Numbered from the stretch's first letter, positions 33,153 through 42,819 are shown. The stretch: DNA of 64,000 bases from Candidatus Eiseniibacteriota bacterium (GCA_963762255.1 CAVXKA010000003.1:480001-544000); one strand, 5' to 3'. Numbers and translations are program-made. Notes: generated from the letters alone by a model not told the origin.

Positions 33153-34447
33153 CGCGCCCCCGCCCGCAGGTGCGGCCTCGGTCCGTGCGCGCACGAGCAG
33201 CCAGCGACGCTTCTCCAGGATGCGGTCCACGTCCCGGTCCAGCATGGCGAGCGCCGAATCGGGCGCCGCGCCGCCGCAGAACCATCGCCTCCACGGTGCT
33301 CTGCAGCTTCGTCGAGATCTGCTCCCACTCCGGGATCTTCGGCGTGGAGACCACGCGCGTCAGCTGCGCTTCGAAGGTGCGCAGGTTGGAGTCGTTGGTG
33401 AGAGCGGTGTCGCGCCACGCCTCGCGGCGCGCCGGCAGATCGCCGGTGAGCCGGAAGAAACGGATCTGCGATTCGGGGGTGGAGAGAAACGTGATGAGCT
33501 TCCACGCCTCGTCCGGGTGGCGCGAGCCGCGGAAGAGAACCAGGCTCGATCCGCCCGCCGTCGAGATGCCGGTTGCCGCGCCGTCGGGACCGGGAAGGGG
33601 CGCGGTCGCCCACTTCGACTGCATGCGCGGGTGAGAGCCGACGCCGAAACTCGCCCAGGTTCCATGGACCGGTGATGTACATCGCGATCGAGCCGCGCTC
33701 GAACTCCTGGTAGAGGTTGGCGATCGACGCCCCCTGCACCGCCGGAGCGAGGCCCTCGCTGGAAGAGGTCCAGGTAGAACGCGACGGCGCGTCGGTAGGC
33801 CGCGCTCGCTGAACGCTCCTCGCGTATCGTGATCTTCGAGGAGCGGCGAGCCGCGTCTGCAGCCCGAACACGATCCAAGGCGTGTACTCGTTGGTGGGCA
33901 GGAAGATGGGATAGTGGTCGGCGCCCCCCTCCCTCTTCATCTTCTGCATCGCGTCCCGCCACCCGTCCCAGTCGCCCGGCACCGAGTCGTAGCCGGCCTC
34001 GGCCAGGAGATCGCTGCGGTAGAAGAGCACGCGGGTGTCCACGTACCACGGCACCCCGTAGGGGACGCCGTCGATCACGTTGGTGTCCCAGATACCGGCG
34101 AAGAAAGCGTCGGGCGAGATCTCGGGCGACGCGGCGAGCCGGCGGTCGAGCGGTTCGATAGCTCGAAGCGCGACGAACTCCGAGACCCAGGTGTTGCCGA
34201 GCTGGGCGAGATCGGGCGTGGAGCGACCGACGTAGGCGGTGAGGAGCTTTTCGTGGGCCGCGGCCCAGGGGATCTGCTGGACGATCACGCGGACGCCGGG
34301 GTTCTCCCGCTCGAAGTCGTCGATGAGTTCCTGGACCACCTCGCCCTCGCGGCCCATCGCCCAGAAACGCAGGGTCACGGGCGCCGAGCCGTCGGCGCGC
34401 ACGCACCCCGCCAGCAGCACCGCGGCGGCCAGCAGGAGGCGACGCAT
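33149..34447 (-). CDS. Carbohydrate ABC transporter substrate-binding lipoprotein; several frameshifts at 33150-33860
   Basis: Lipobox LLAGC, FWAMGREGE, AHEKLLTA, YGVPWYVDTRVLFYR, MYITGPWN; C-terminal pieces (WATAPLPGP..GGSSL, PKIPEWEQI, LDRDVDRILEKRRW) lie in other frames. Confidence 0.85.
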   Translation of the reverse strand: MRRLLLAAAVLLAGCVRADGSAPVTLRFWAMGREGEVVQELIDDFERENPGVRVIVQQIPWAAAHEKLLTAYVGRSTPDLAQLGNTWVSEFVALRAIEPLDRRLAASPEISPDAFFAGIWDTNVIDGVPYGVPWYVDTRVLFYRSDLLAEAGYDSVPGDWDGWRDAMQKMKREGGADHYPIFLPTNEYTPWIVFGLQTRLAAPRRSRYARSVQRARPTDAPSRSTWTSSSEGLAPAVQGASIANLYQEFERGSIAMYITGPWNLGEFRRRLSPAHAVEVGDRAPSRSRRRGNRHLDGGRIEPGSLPRLAPPGRGVEAHHVSLHPRIADPFLPAHRRSAGAPRGVARHRSHQRLQPAHLRSAADARGLHAEDPGVGADLDEAAEHRGGDGSAAARRPIRRSPCWTGTWTASWRSVAGCSCAHGPRPHLRAGAR

Positions 34448-34451
34448 CGTC

Positions 34452-35891
34452 TCAGCGAGCCTCGTCCAGCCATCCCCCGGAGAAACCGGCAGCTCTGAGC
34501 CCCCGCACGATGTGCGGGTTCGTACGCATGGTCCGCCAGATCAGCCCGCTGCGGTAGTTCTCGATCATGGCCAGGATCGGACCCTGATCGATGCCGAGGT
34601 AGTCGGAGTCGAACCACCCCACTCCGGGTTCCACCCGGCCGTGTTGGGTAGGAACGCCGGTCTTGATCGTCGGGTTCATCGCGTCGAGGAATCCGTACGT
34701 CGAGAAGAGTCGCTCGCCGTACGTCTCCCGCATCGCCATCAGGGTGGGGATCACGATCTCGGGGGCGAAGGCGATGGATCCGCCGGCGGCGGAGGGCGAA
34801 ACCGTCCCGTCATCGTTGATCCAAGTGAAGGAGGCGCCGCGGTCCCAATAGGTGTGGAACTGTCGCGTGCGCCCGTCGATCTCCATCCGACCCTCCAGCG
34901 GACCGTCGCACGCGGTCAGGCCCCAGAAGAGCGGGCCGTAGCCCGCCCACCCGGCCGGGTTGGCCACCGCGTAGGCCTGCTGTGAGAGGGCTGCGCGCCG
35001 GGAGTTCTCGAAGTAGTCGATCCCCCGTTCCCGCATGGCGGCGTCACGGATGCCGCGAAAGTCGATCCAGACGTGCGTGTATTGGTGGCCGAAGAGCGCT
35101 GCGAAACCGAGGTGCTCCTGTCCGTAGAAGGTCCCCCACGTGTACCCGGCAAGCCACGCGTCCCACGCGGCGGCGTCAACGGGGTGGCTGGGCGAACCGA
35201 GGGCGAGAATGTAGAGGATCATCACCTCGTTGTAGCCCCGCCAGTCGTAGGGGAGGAAGCCCGACTCGGGCACCCACCCGTGTCCGATGGTGGGCGGCCG
35301 CACCTGGGCCCACCGCCAATCCACGCGGGCATAGAGGGAATCGGCCAGGGCACGGATGCTGTCCTCCTGCGCCTGGACGCGGCCGAAGTACGACTGGCAG
35401 AAGAGAGCGCCGGCCAGAAGGAGCGCCGTGTCCTGCGTGGACAGCTCGACGTCCCTGAATCGCAGGCCGGTTTGCGGATCGAGAAAGTGGTAGTAGAACC
35501 CCTTGTAGCCGGTCGCGCCGGCCACGCTGGTGTCCTGGGGGGCCGTCCAGAAGAAGCGCAACGTGTCGAGCACGCGTCGTCTCGCCGCCTCCCGCGTGAC
35601 GTAGCCGCGCTCCACACCGATGGGGTACGCGGTCAGCGCGAAGCCGGTGGCGCTGACGCTGACGAACGACTTCGTGGGGAACCGATCCGGAGTGAGCCCC
35701 GTTCGGGGGTCGGAGAGATCCCAGAAGTAGCCGAAAGTGCGCGCCTCCAGGGTGTCGATGAAAGCGGTTTCACCGGGGCCCGACGAAAGCCCCCCGGCCG
35801 AAACGGAAGCACCCCGGCAGCAGCCGACGACCGACATGCCGACGAGGAGAGCGACGCAAGCGGCTGAGAGAAGGAGATCCCGGCGCACCAT
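34452..35891 (-). CDS. Second GH144-like endo-beta-1,2-glucanase (probable lipoprotein)
   Basis: TGLTPDR, ATGFALTA, GYKGFYYHFL, ELSTQDTALL, GYNEVMILY, LFGHQYTH, WGLTACDGP, GIDQGPI; N-terminal VVGC lipobox-like; no CTD. Confidence 0.87.
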   Translation of the reverse strand: MVRRDLLLSAACVALLVGMSVVGCCRGASVSAGGLSSGPGETAFIDTLEARTFGYFWDLSDPRTGLTPDRFPTKSFVSVSATGFALTAYPIGVERGYVTREAARRRVLDTLRFFWTAPQDTSVAGATGYKGFYYHFLDPQTGLRFRDVELSTQDTALLLAGALFCQSYFGRVQAQEDSIRALADSLYARVDWRWAQVRPPTIGHGWVPESGFLPYDWRGYNEVMILYILALGSPSHPVDAAAWDAWLAGYTWGTFYGQEHLGFAALFGHQYTHVWIDFRGIRDAAMRERGIDYFENSRRAALSQQAYAVANPAGWAGYGPLFWGLTACDGPLEGRMEIDGRTRQFHTYWDRGASFTWINDDGTVSPSAAGGSIAFAPEIVIPTLMAMRETYGERLFSTYGFLDAMNPTIKTGVPTQHGRVEPGVGWFDSDYLGIDQGPILAMIENYRSGLIWRTMRTNPHIVRGLRAAGFSGGWLDEAR

Positions 35892-35975
35892 CGCACACCA
35901 TCCTTATTCCTGCGGTGAGAGAGCGCAACCGGATTCTGCCCGCGGGCCGGCCTGCCGAGGGTGGAGAGTTGGACA

Positions 35976-36004
35976 TTGAACCCCCGCGAGAGCCCGCCTA
36001 TAGT
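35976..36004 (+). promoter_or_regulatory. Sigma-70 type promoter
   Basis: TTGAAC-N17-TATAGT, 62 nt upstream of the ATG at 36067. Confidence 0.6.
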
Positions 36005-36066
36005 CCGGGGGGAGCGGGGAGAGCGGTTCCCGCAGCGAGGCACGATTCTTTCCGGGGAGTCCTACG

Positions 36067-37020
36067 ATGGCTCGATGGCGGTTTCACGGGTTGGGTCTAC
36101 ACGCCCGGGTAACCGTTTACATCGTGGTTTTGGCCGTTCTCTTCCTTCTGCGCGGGCCGCTGGGCGTGAACCGTCTGCTGTCTCGCCTCCCCGGCGAAGC
36201 GGTTTCGGCGCGGACCCTCACCGTGGCCGGCGCCGACCTCGCGCCTTCGCTCGTCCCCTCGATCCTCTCCGCGTATCGACACGACTACCCCAAGCTCGAC
36301 ATTCGCTCGACGGGAGGTGGAACCGCGCAGGCACTCGAAGCGCTCATCAATCGGCGGGCCGACGTCGCATTCCTGAGCCGCTCCCCTTCACGTGACGAGC
36401 AGGCGCTCTTCCGCGCGGCGGACGACGACACGGCGCTCTGGTTTCCCGTCGCGCTCGGCGGGATCGTGATCCTTTCGCACGTCGGCTCGGCGACGGAATC
36501 GCTGTCGGTCGACGCGGTACGCGGCCTTGTGGCCGGAGCGGCGGGAGCCTCCTTCGACCGCCTGTACGTTCCCGACCCCAACGCGGGCACATGGGATGCT
36601 CTGAGGAGCGGGCTGGGTATCCCCGCCAGCGAACCGGCGACGGGGGTGGTGTTCCTGAGGGACGAGGCCGCGGTGATCGAAGCGGTCGCGGCGGATCCAC
36701 GGGGCGCGGGTCTGGCCAGCTCGTTCAGCCTCCCCATGGATCTCGCCCCGCTGGGTGTCCGCGCGCTGGCGGTGCGGCCGGATGACGGTCGGCCGGCGGC
36801 GACGCCCGGATACGAAGAGATCGCCTACGGCGAGTACCCGTTCATCCATCATCTGATCGCGGCGTGTCGCACCGGAGGGAGCATCGAAGGCGCCATGTTC
36901 GTGACCTATCTGACGAGCGACCGCGGTCAGCGGCAAATCGAGCGGGCGGGGATCCTCCCCGCTCGGCAGACGCTGCGCGAAGTCGTCATCACCCGGGGGC
37001 CGATCGGAGGGACAAGTTGA
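36067..37020 (+). CDS. PstS-like (PBP2 fold) substrate-binding protein
   Basis: N-terminal TM; LTVAG, STGGGTAQAL, ADVAFLSR, PVALGGIVI, IAYGEYP, FVTYLTSDRGQ. Confidence 0.7.
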   Translation: MARWRFHGLGLHARVTVYIVVLAVLFLLRGPLGVNRLLSRLPGEAVSARTLTVAGADLAPSLVPSILSAYRHDYPKLDIRSTGGGTAQALEALINRRADVAFLSRSPSRDEQALFRAADDDTALWFPVALGGIVILSHVGSATESLSVDAVRGLVAGAAGASFDRLYVPDPNAGTWDALRSGLGIPASEPATGVVFLRDEAAVIEAVAADPRGAGLASSFSLPMDLAPLGVRALAVRPDDGRPAATPGYEEIAYGEYPFIHHLIAACRTGGSIEGAMFVTYLTSDRGQRQIERAGILPARQTLREVVITRGPIGGTS

Positions 37021-37034
37021 GAGGAAGACCGGCG

Positions 37035-38885
37035 ATGTCCCTCGTGCAAGAGCGGCTGGGCATGGCGGCGCTGCTGACGACGATGCTGGCGGTACTGCTG
37101 GCGGCGACCGCCACCTCCTCCGCCGCGCAAACTCGCAGCTACACCTTCGACGTGGACCCCATTCGTCTTGGCATGAAGGCGCTGGAGGAAGGGCGGCTCG
37201 GCGACGCCAAGGCCAGGTTCGGCGAGGCGATCGACGCGGGCTACCAGGCCTACAAGGCGCGGTACGGTCTCGCCGAGATCGCGGTGCGCGAAGGGCGCCT
37301 CGACGAGGCCGAACCGCTGTACCGCGCCGCGCTGGCCGGGCGCGTCGAGGAGACCGGCAAGGCCGATTACCCCGAGGCTCACGCCGGGCTGGGGCTCCTG
37401 CTCCTGCGCGAGGAACGCGATCTCGAAGCGTCGCAGGAGTTCATTCAGGCGACTGCGGAGAAGCCGGGACTCTGGCCCGCCCTCTACGGGCAAGCGAGGA
37501 TCTTTCTCAAGCAGGGACAGGTCAAAGAGGCCAAGACGCTCCTCGATCGCGGCGCGAAGCTCGACGGAGCCAAGGACGGCGAGGATCGTTACCGGTTCGG
37601 CATGGCCCTCTACGACATGGCCGTCGGGGATACCGCTGCGGCGGAGAACGAGGCGCTGGTCGCGCTGGCGCTCAACCCCACGGAACCCGAGTACGGTACG
37701 TTGCTGGCGAGGATCTACGAACAGCGCAACGTGCCCGCGCTGGCCATCGATGCCTACGAGAGGGCGCTGGCCGCGCCGGGAATGACGCCGACCGCTCCCC
37801 TTCTCCACGATCTCGGTTTGCTCTACCAGAAGGTCGAGCGCTACAACGAGGCCCGCGACCGCTACCAGCAAGCGGTCGAGATCGACTCCACCTACGCCCC
37901 CGCCCTGAAGGATCTCGCCCATCTCTATCTCCTGGCCAAGCAATACGACCGGTCGGCTCAGGTCTACCTGCGCTACGTCCTTCTGGCCCCCACAGACGTG
38001 GATGCCCTTGTGGAGTTGTCTCAGGCCTGTGGCGAGATCCGCATGACCGCGCAGGCGCTGGAGGCGGCGCGCGCCGCCTGCGCCATCGACAGCACGCGCA
38101 CCGACGCGCGCCTCGCCTACGCCCGCGCCGCGGTCCAGGGAAGAGACAAGGAGGCGAAGAGCCGTGCGGCGGTCATCTACGCCGAGTTCCCCGATACGTC
38201 GTTCTGGAGAGCGGCGGACCACGTTCTCTTCGCCGCGGTCGCGATCGAGACCAAGGACTTCCCGTCCGCCCAGAGCAGTCTCGATCGAGCGCTCGCGCTC
38301 GATCCGAACCTCCCCGAAGCGTACTTCCAGCTCGGCATGCTCGACCTCAATACCGATCGCCCGGATTCGGCCGCGGTCAACCTGGAGCGGGCGGTGGCCC
38401 TGGACCCCACCTCCGCTCTCTACCATCTGAACCTCGGCATCGCCGCCTTCCAGGCACGGCGCACCCGAGACGCGATCGCTCCGTTCCGCAAGGCGCTGGA
38501 GCTGAACGGAGAACTCACGGTGGCTCGGGTGCTGCTCGGGCAGGCCCTGGCCATGAGCGACTCCCTCGGCGCGGCGGAGGTGGAGTACCGGAAGGTCCTC
38601 GAAGTCGAACCGGCCAACGCCAAAGCCCTGCGCGGTCTCGGATTCTGCGCCATCCGCAAGGCGCGCTACGCCGAGGCGGCCCGGATGTACGAGGCGGCCG
38701 CTCAGGCCGAACCCGGCAACGCCGACGGCTGGGCGGGACTCGGCAACGCCAACCTGGGTCTTCAGAACTGGGAGGCGGCGGAAGCCGCTTTCGTGAAGGC
38801 CCGTGCCATCGATCCCAACAATCCCACGATGAAGAAGGGCTGGGAGCTACTCCAGAACGCCAAGCAGGCGGGTGGAAGCAACTAG
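37035..38885 (+). CDS. Secreted multi-TPR protein
   Basis: Signal peptide and many TPR motifs (AYFQLG..ALDP, YHLNLG, GWAGLG..AIDPNN). Confidence 0.85.
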   Translation: MSLVQERLGMAALLTTMLAVLLAATATSSAAQTRSYTFDVDPIRLGMKALEEGRLGDAKARFGEAIDAGYQAYKARYGLAEIAVREGRLDEAEPLYRAALAGRVEETGKADYPEAHAGLGLLLLREERDLEASQEFIQATAEKPGLWPALYGQARIFLKQGQVKEAKTLLDRGAKLDGAKDGEDRYRFGMALYDMAVGDTAAAENEALVALALNPTEPEYGTLLARIYEQRNVPALAIDAYERALAAPGMTPTAPLLHDLGLLYQKVERYNEARDRYQQAVEIDSTYAPALKDLAHLYLLAKQYDRSAQVYLRYVLLAPTDVDALVELSQACGEIRMTAQALEAARAACAIDSTRTDARLAYARAAVQGRDKEAKSRAAVIYAEFPDTSFWRAADHVLFAAVAIETKDFPSAQSSLDRALALDPNLPEAYFQLGMLDLNTDRPDSAAVNLERAVALDPTSALYHLNLGIAAFQARRTRDAIAPFRKALELNGELTVARVLLGQALAMSDSLGAAEVEYRKVLEVEPANAKALRGLGFCAIRKARYAEAARMYEAAAQAEPGNADGWAGLGNANLGLQNWEAAEAAFVKARAIDPNNPTMKKGWELLQNAKQAGGSN

Positions 38886-38901
38886 TCACAGCGGAGGAAT
38901 C

Positions 38902-39618
38902 GTGAAGAACACCATCTTCATTCCCATCTTGGCGGTCTCGGTGCTCGTGTCCTGGTTCATCTGGAGCCAGTCCCCCGAGTACATCAGGCAGGGCGGGCCG
39001 CTGCTCGTCATCGGTCTCACCTGCCTCTTCCTCGTCTTCACCTACTGCATCGAGCGCTTCATCGTCCTCTGGCGCGCGGGCGGGCGCGGCAACGTTCCCA
39101 CGTTCGTGCGCAACCTCAAGAAGTCCCTGGAAGGGGGCGACGTCGGGCAGGCCATCGAGTCCTGCAAACGTCAGGGGGGTTCGCTGGGCAACGTGATCGG
39201 GGCGGGATTGCAGCGCTACCAGGTCCTGCGGACGGCGCGTGCCGACCGCAAGGAGACCATCGAGGAGACCCGGCGAGCCATCGACGAGGCGAGCGCGTTG
39301 GAGAGTCCCATCCTCGAGCGCAACCTGAGCGCGCTTTCCACCATCGCCTCCATCGCCACCATGATCGGGCTCCTGGGGACGACGATCGGCATGATCCGCT
39401 CGTTCCGCGCGATGTCCCGGGCGGGCGCCCCCGACGCCACCCAGCTCGCGCTGGGCATCTCGGAGGCCCTCGTCAACACCGCGCTCGGGCTCATGACCGC
39501 GATCGTCGCCATCGTGCTCTACAACTACTTCACCACCAAGGTGGACACGGTGAGCAACGCGATGGAAGAAACCTCCTACGAGATGCTGCAGCTCCTCCAG
39601 GAAAAGAAGGAGGGTTAG
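38902..39618 (+). CDS. exbB: MotA/TolQ/ExbB proton channel
   Basis: LSTIASIATMIGLLGTTIGMI, GISEALVNTALGL; GGAGG RBS before GTG at 38902. Confidence 0.92.
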   Translation: MKNTIFIPILAVSVLVSWFIWSQSPEYIRQGGPLLVIGLTCLFLVFTYCIERFIVLWRAGGRGNVPTFVRNLKKSLEGGDVGQAIESCKRQGGSLGNVIGAGLQRYQVLRTARADRKETIEETRRAIDEASALESPILERNLSALSTIASIATMIGLLGTTIGMIRSFRAMSRAGAPDATQLALGISEALVNTALGLMTAIVAIVLYNYFTTKVDTVSNAMEETSYEMLQLLQEKKEG

Positions 39619-39621
39619 GCG

Positions 39622-40068
39622 GTGGGCCGCGTCAAGCGAAGGCTAGGGATCCGCATCGACATGACGCCCATGGTCGATGTGGCCTTCCTCCTTCTCATCT
39701 TCTTCATGTCCACGACGCAGTTCAAGCCGCCCGAACAGGTCTCGGTGGTCCTCCCCACGTCCCGCTCGGAGATCCACGTACCCGAGACCAACACCATCAT
39801 CCTCACCGTGAACGACACGGGACAGGTGTTCATCTCGACGGAGAACGTCGCCGAGACCCAGGAGGTCGCCCGGGACGATCTGCTCGCCGCGATCACCGCC
39901 TGGCGGAGCCAGAATCCCGGGGCGGTGGTGATCTTGAGGGGCGACCGCAACGCCGATTTCGGCACGGTGGCCGATCTCATGGACGCGCTCGCCGAATCGA
40001 AGACCCTGCGCTTCAACCTCATGACCGACCTGAAGCAGAGGAAGCCGCCCGCCGAGGGCGCGCGCTAG
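39622..40068 (+). CDS. exbD: ExbD/TolR family protein 1
   Basis: IDMTPMVDVAFLLLIFFM, VILRGDR. Confidence 0.92.
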   Translation: MGRVKRRLGIRIDMTPMVDVAFLLLIFFMSTTQFKPPEQVSVVLPTSRSEIHVPETNTIILTVNDTGQVFISTENVAETQEVARDDLLAAITAWRSQNPGAVVILRGDRNADFGTVADLMDALAESKTLRFNLMTDLKQRKPPAEGAR

Positions 40069-40080
40069 AGGAGCTCCCTC

Positions 40081-40581
40081 ATGGCCGGAACAGAAATCAC
40101 CCAAGGCGCCCGCGGCCCGCAGAAGAAGGGGCCCGGAGGACGCCGGCCGAAACGGAGGGTTGGGATCCGCATCGACATGACGCCCATGGTCGACGTGGCC
40201 TTCCTCCTGCTCATCTTCTTCATGGTCACCACCGTGTTCCGCCGGCCCCTGGCCATGGAGGTCAACATGCCGGAGCCGGGAGCCAAAGTCGAGGTTCCCG
40301 AATCGAACGTGATGACCGTGTTCGTGCGCGAGGACGGCTCGATGGCGTTCAAGCTCGGCCGGGGAGGGCTCACTCCCGTCACCTGGGATGCACTCCAGGG
40401 AACATTCGAGGAGAACGTGCGCGCCAACCCGGAGCTCATCGTCCTGGCGAAGATCGACCCGCAGGCCCGCTATGAGAGCATGGTCGACATGATGGACACG
40501 CTGGAGGACGCCCATCTGGAGCGGTTCAGCGTGGTCCGCATGAGTCCTGTCGACTTGGAGCTGCTGGAGGGAAAGCCATGA
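40081..40581 (+). CDS. exbD: ExbD/TolR family protein 2
   Basis: IDMTPMVDVAFLLLIFFMVTT, YESMVDMMD. Confidence 0.92.
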   Translation: MAGTEITQGARGPQKKGPGGRRPKRRVGIRIDMTPMVDVAFLLLIFFMVTTVFRRPLAMEVNMPEPGAKVEVPESNVMTVFVREDGSMAFKLGRGGLTPVTWDALQGTFEENVRANPELIVLAKIDPQARYESMVDMMDTLEDAHLERFSVVRMSPVDLELLEGKP

Positions 40582-41348
40582 GCGGCAAGGACACCCTGCA
40601 CATTCCGTGGGCGTTCTCGCTGAGCGAGGCCCCCAGCCTTCCCCTGATCGGCGAGCGCCATCCTCTGCGGCGCGAGTCCGCCAAGTGGCTCCTCTGGGCC
40701 AACGGCGCCGCGCTCCTTGTGGGAGTCCTCGCCTTCGCCGCATGGTCGGCGGCGAGCCATCGCGAGGCGACGGCGCCCGTGATGCGCGAGGTCAAGATCG
40801 TTCGCTATACCGAGCTCGGCGTGCCCCCCTCCATCGCCAAGGCCTCGGTACCCCAGATGGCCATCGCGCAGGCCGTGGCTCCGCCCTCGATCGGCGTCCC
40901 CGAGCCGGTCCCCGACGTGCAGGCCCCCACATCCACCATCGCCACCCAGACCGAGATGTCGGAATCGCTGACCCCGATCAGCATGGACGACTTGGGCGGA
41001 GGCACCGGCGACTCGATCGTCGTGCAGATGGACATGTCGACGGACCGCAGTCCATCCCCGGAAGAGTTCGTGGCAGTGGAGGAGGAGCCGGTGCGCCTGC
41101 GCATCGCTCCCCCGGTCTACCCCGAGGTCGCCACGCAGGCCGGTGTGGAGGGGACCGTGCTGGTCCGGGCGCTGGTGGGAAAAGACGGAAAGGTGAAGGA
41201 CTGCATCGTGCTCGACGGCCCCGATATGCTCAAGGCGGCGGCGATCACCTGCGCCAAGACCGCAGTGTTCAAGCCCGCGCTCCTGCAGCACAAGCCGGTC
41301 GAGGTTTGGGTGATGATCCCGGTGACCTTCAAGCTCCACCAACGCTAG
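40578..41348 (+). CDS. tonB: Energy transducer TonB
   Basis: Single TM, Pro-rich linker, PVYPEVA..GVEGTVLV..VGKDGKV, FKPA, IPVTF. Confidence 0.9.
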   Translation: MSGKDTLHIPWAFSLSEAPSLPLIGERHPLRRESAKWLLWANGAALLVGVLAFAAWSAASHREATAPVMREVKIVRYTELGVPPSIAKASVPQMAIAQAVAPPSIGVPEPVPDVQAPTSTIATQTEMSESLTPISMDDLGGGTGDSIVVQMDMSTDRSPSPEEFVAVEEEPVRLRIAPPVYPEVATQAGVEGTVLVRALVGKDGKVKDCIVLDGPDMLKAAAITCAKTAVFKPALLQHKPVEVWVMIPVTFKLHQR

Positions 41349-41390
41349 GGGCGGGGGCCGCGGGCCGCATGCCGGCGGGCCCGTTCCACC

Positions 41391-41894
41391 TCATCGCGAC
41401 GGGGGTTCGAGTCCTCCCTCGCGGATGAAGCCCTCCAGTTCCAGGCGTTCCGCGTTGTCGGGGTTCACCTCGAGGGCCCGCCGAAAGTGCTGCGCCGCCT
41501 CGGCCTTGCGCCCCAGATAGTAGAGCGTCGCTCCCAGGTTGATGAGCGCCGGGGCGAAGGTGGAATCCGCGGCGACGGCGGCCTCGAACGCCGCGATCTC
41601 CTTGTCCTTGTACTGGGAATCGCGCACCGCGTTGTACTTGAACCGATAGGCCATTCCCAGAAGATTCTGGCCCACCGCCGAGCGCGGCTCCAGCGCCAGC
41701 CCCCGCTGATAGGCGGCGATGGCGGCATCGTAGTCCCCGGTCTGGAACTGGCGCGCGCCTTCGTCGAAGTGGGACTGCGCCTTGAGCGCGCTCTTCGCGC
41801 ACGCGGCAAGGGCGAGGGCAAGTAGGAGCGCCGGCAGCCACACGGCAACGCCCGACGCCGCACGGGAGCGTCTGCGATCAGGAAGCATTTTCAC
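41391..41894 (-). CDS. Small TPR lipoprotein
   Basis: Lipobox LAAC and about three TPRs (NLLGMAY, ALINLG..ALEVNP). Confidence 0.78.
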   Translation of the reverse strand: MKMLPDRRRSRAASGVAVWLPALLLALALAACAKSALKAQSHFDEGARQFQTGDYDAAIAAYQRGLALEPRSAVGQNLLGMAYRFKYNAVRDSQYKDKEIAAFEAAVAADSTFAPALINLGATLYYLGRKAEAAQHFRRALEVNPDNAERLELEGFIREGGLEPPSR

Positions 41895-42819
41895 CTCCGG
41901 CGGCGCCCGCCATGCGCCTTCCCAGGAGCACGGCGATCGCGCCGAACAGTATCGTGACCACGAGGGAGCCTTCGGGGCCGAAGTCGCCTCCGCCCAGCAC
42001 GGGGGGGAGATCGCGAATCGACACGTGCAGAAGCGAGGGCAACGAGAACCCGCTCACCTGCGCTCCGAACAGTACCCCCACGACCAGGTTCCACCCCGCG
42101 TGAAGTCCGATCGGCACTTCGAGACCGCCCGAGATCTCGCGCAATTGACCGAGCACGATGCCGATGAGGAGGATATTCACCCAGCCCAGGAAACTGGAAC
42201 CCGGATTCGAGCTGTGCAGAAAGGAAAAGACGATCGCGGTGAGAAAGATGGCCCGCCCGGCGGGATACCCCTCACGCAGGTTCACGAATACATAGCCCCG
42301 CACGAACCACTCTTCCATGAACGCGGCGGCGAGGGTGGCGACGAGCGTGGCTGCGGCCAACTGCCAGCCCAGGCCCTCGAAAAGAACCGGCTTCAGATGG
42401 CGCCCTCCCACCGCGGAGATGAAGAGGATCGAGACCGCGGCGAGGATCGTCCCGAGCATGAGGCCCCAGGCCGCGGATCCCCCTCGGACGCCGCCGGACC
42501 CGCCGAGGCCGAGCGAATTCATCCTCCGTCGGTCCACACCCGCGGTCATGATGAGCACGGTGACGATCCCCATCACCGCCTGCCCCAGCATCATGAACAC
42601 CAGGAAGCGCGGAGACTCCATCACGCGCTTCAACTCGGCCTGGAGCGCGGGATCGGATGGAGTGGTGTTGGCCGCCGTCGCGAGGATCCCCGTGGAGGCA
42701 AGGTAGACCGCGTAGAGAAGGGTGGTGAGCAGGAGGAAGAGCACCATCGCGAGGATGATGCGGCGCCACACTCCCCGGATGCGCGGCGCGGCGGGCGCCG
42801 GCGCCAGAACCTCGCTCAC
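41878..42819 (-). CDS. CPBP/Abi (CAAX-like) intramembrane metalloprotease
   Basis: EEWFVRG, FSFLH, IGLHAGWN; GTG start overlaps the upstream stop (C-terminal part of ORF 41878..43830). Confidence 0.88.
   Translation of the reverse strand: MSEVLAPAPAAPRIRGVWRRIILAMVLFLLLTTLLYAVYLASTGILATAANTTPSDPALQAELKRVMESPRFLVFMMLGQAVMGIVTVLIMTAGVDRRRMNSLGLGGSGGVRGGSAAWGLMLGTILAAVSILFISAVGGRHLKPVLFEGLGWQLAAATLVATLAAAFMEEWFVRGYVFVNLREGYPAGRAIFLTAIVFSFLHSSNPGSSFLGWVNILLIGIVLGQLREISGGLEVPIGLHAGWNLVVGVLFGAQVSGFSLPSLLHVSIRDLPPVLGGGDFGPEGSLVVTILFGAIAVLLGRRMAGAAGGENAS

Noticed and set aside
3150-33900. Programmed ribosomal frameshifting or phase variation as the cause of the split genes
   Set aside because: The breakpoints I inspected lack slippery heptamers or long homopolymer/SSR tracts and fall in unrelated gene families.
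39646-40220. Near-identical ~60-bp direct repeat at about 39646 and 40162
   Set aside because: It encodes the conserved TM motif of the two ExbD paralogues; not a mobile-element end or an array.
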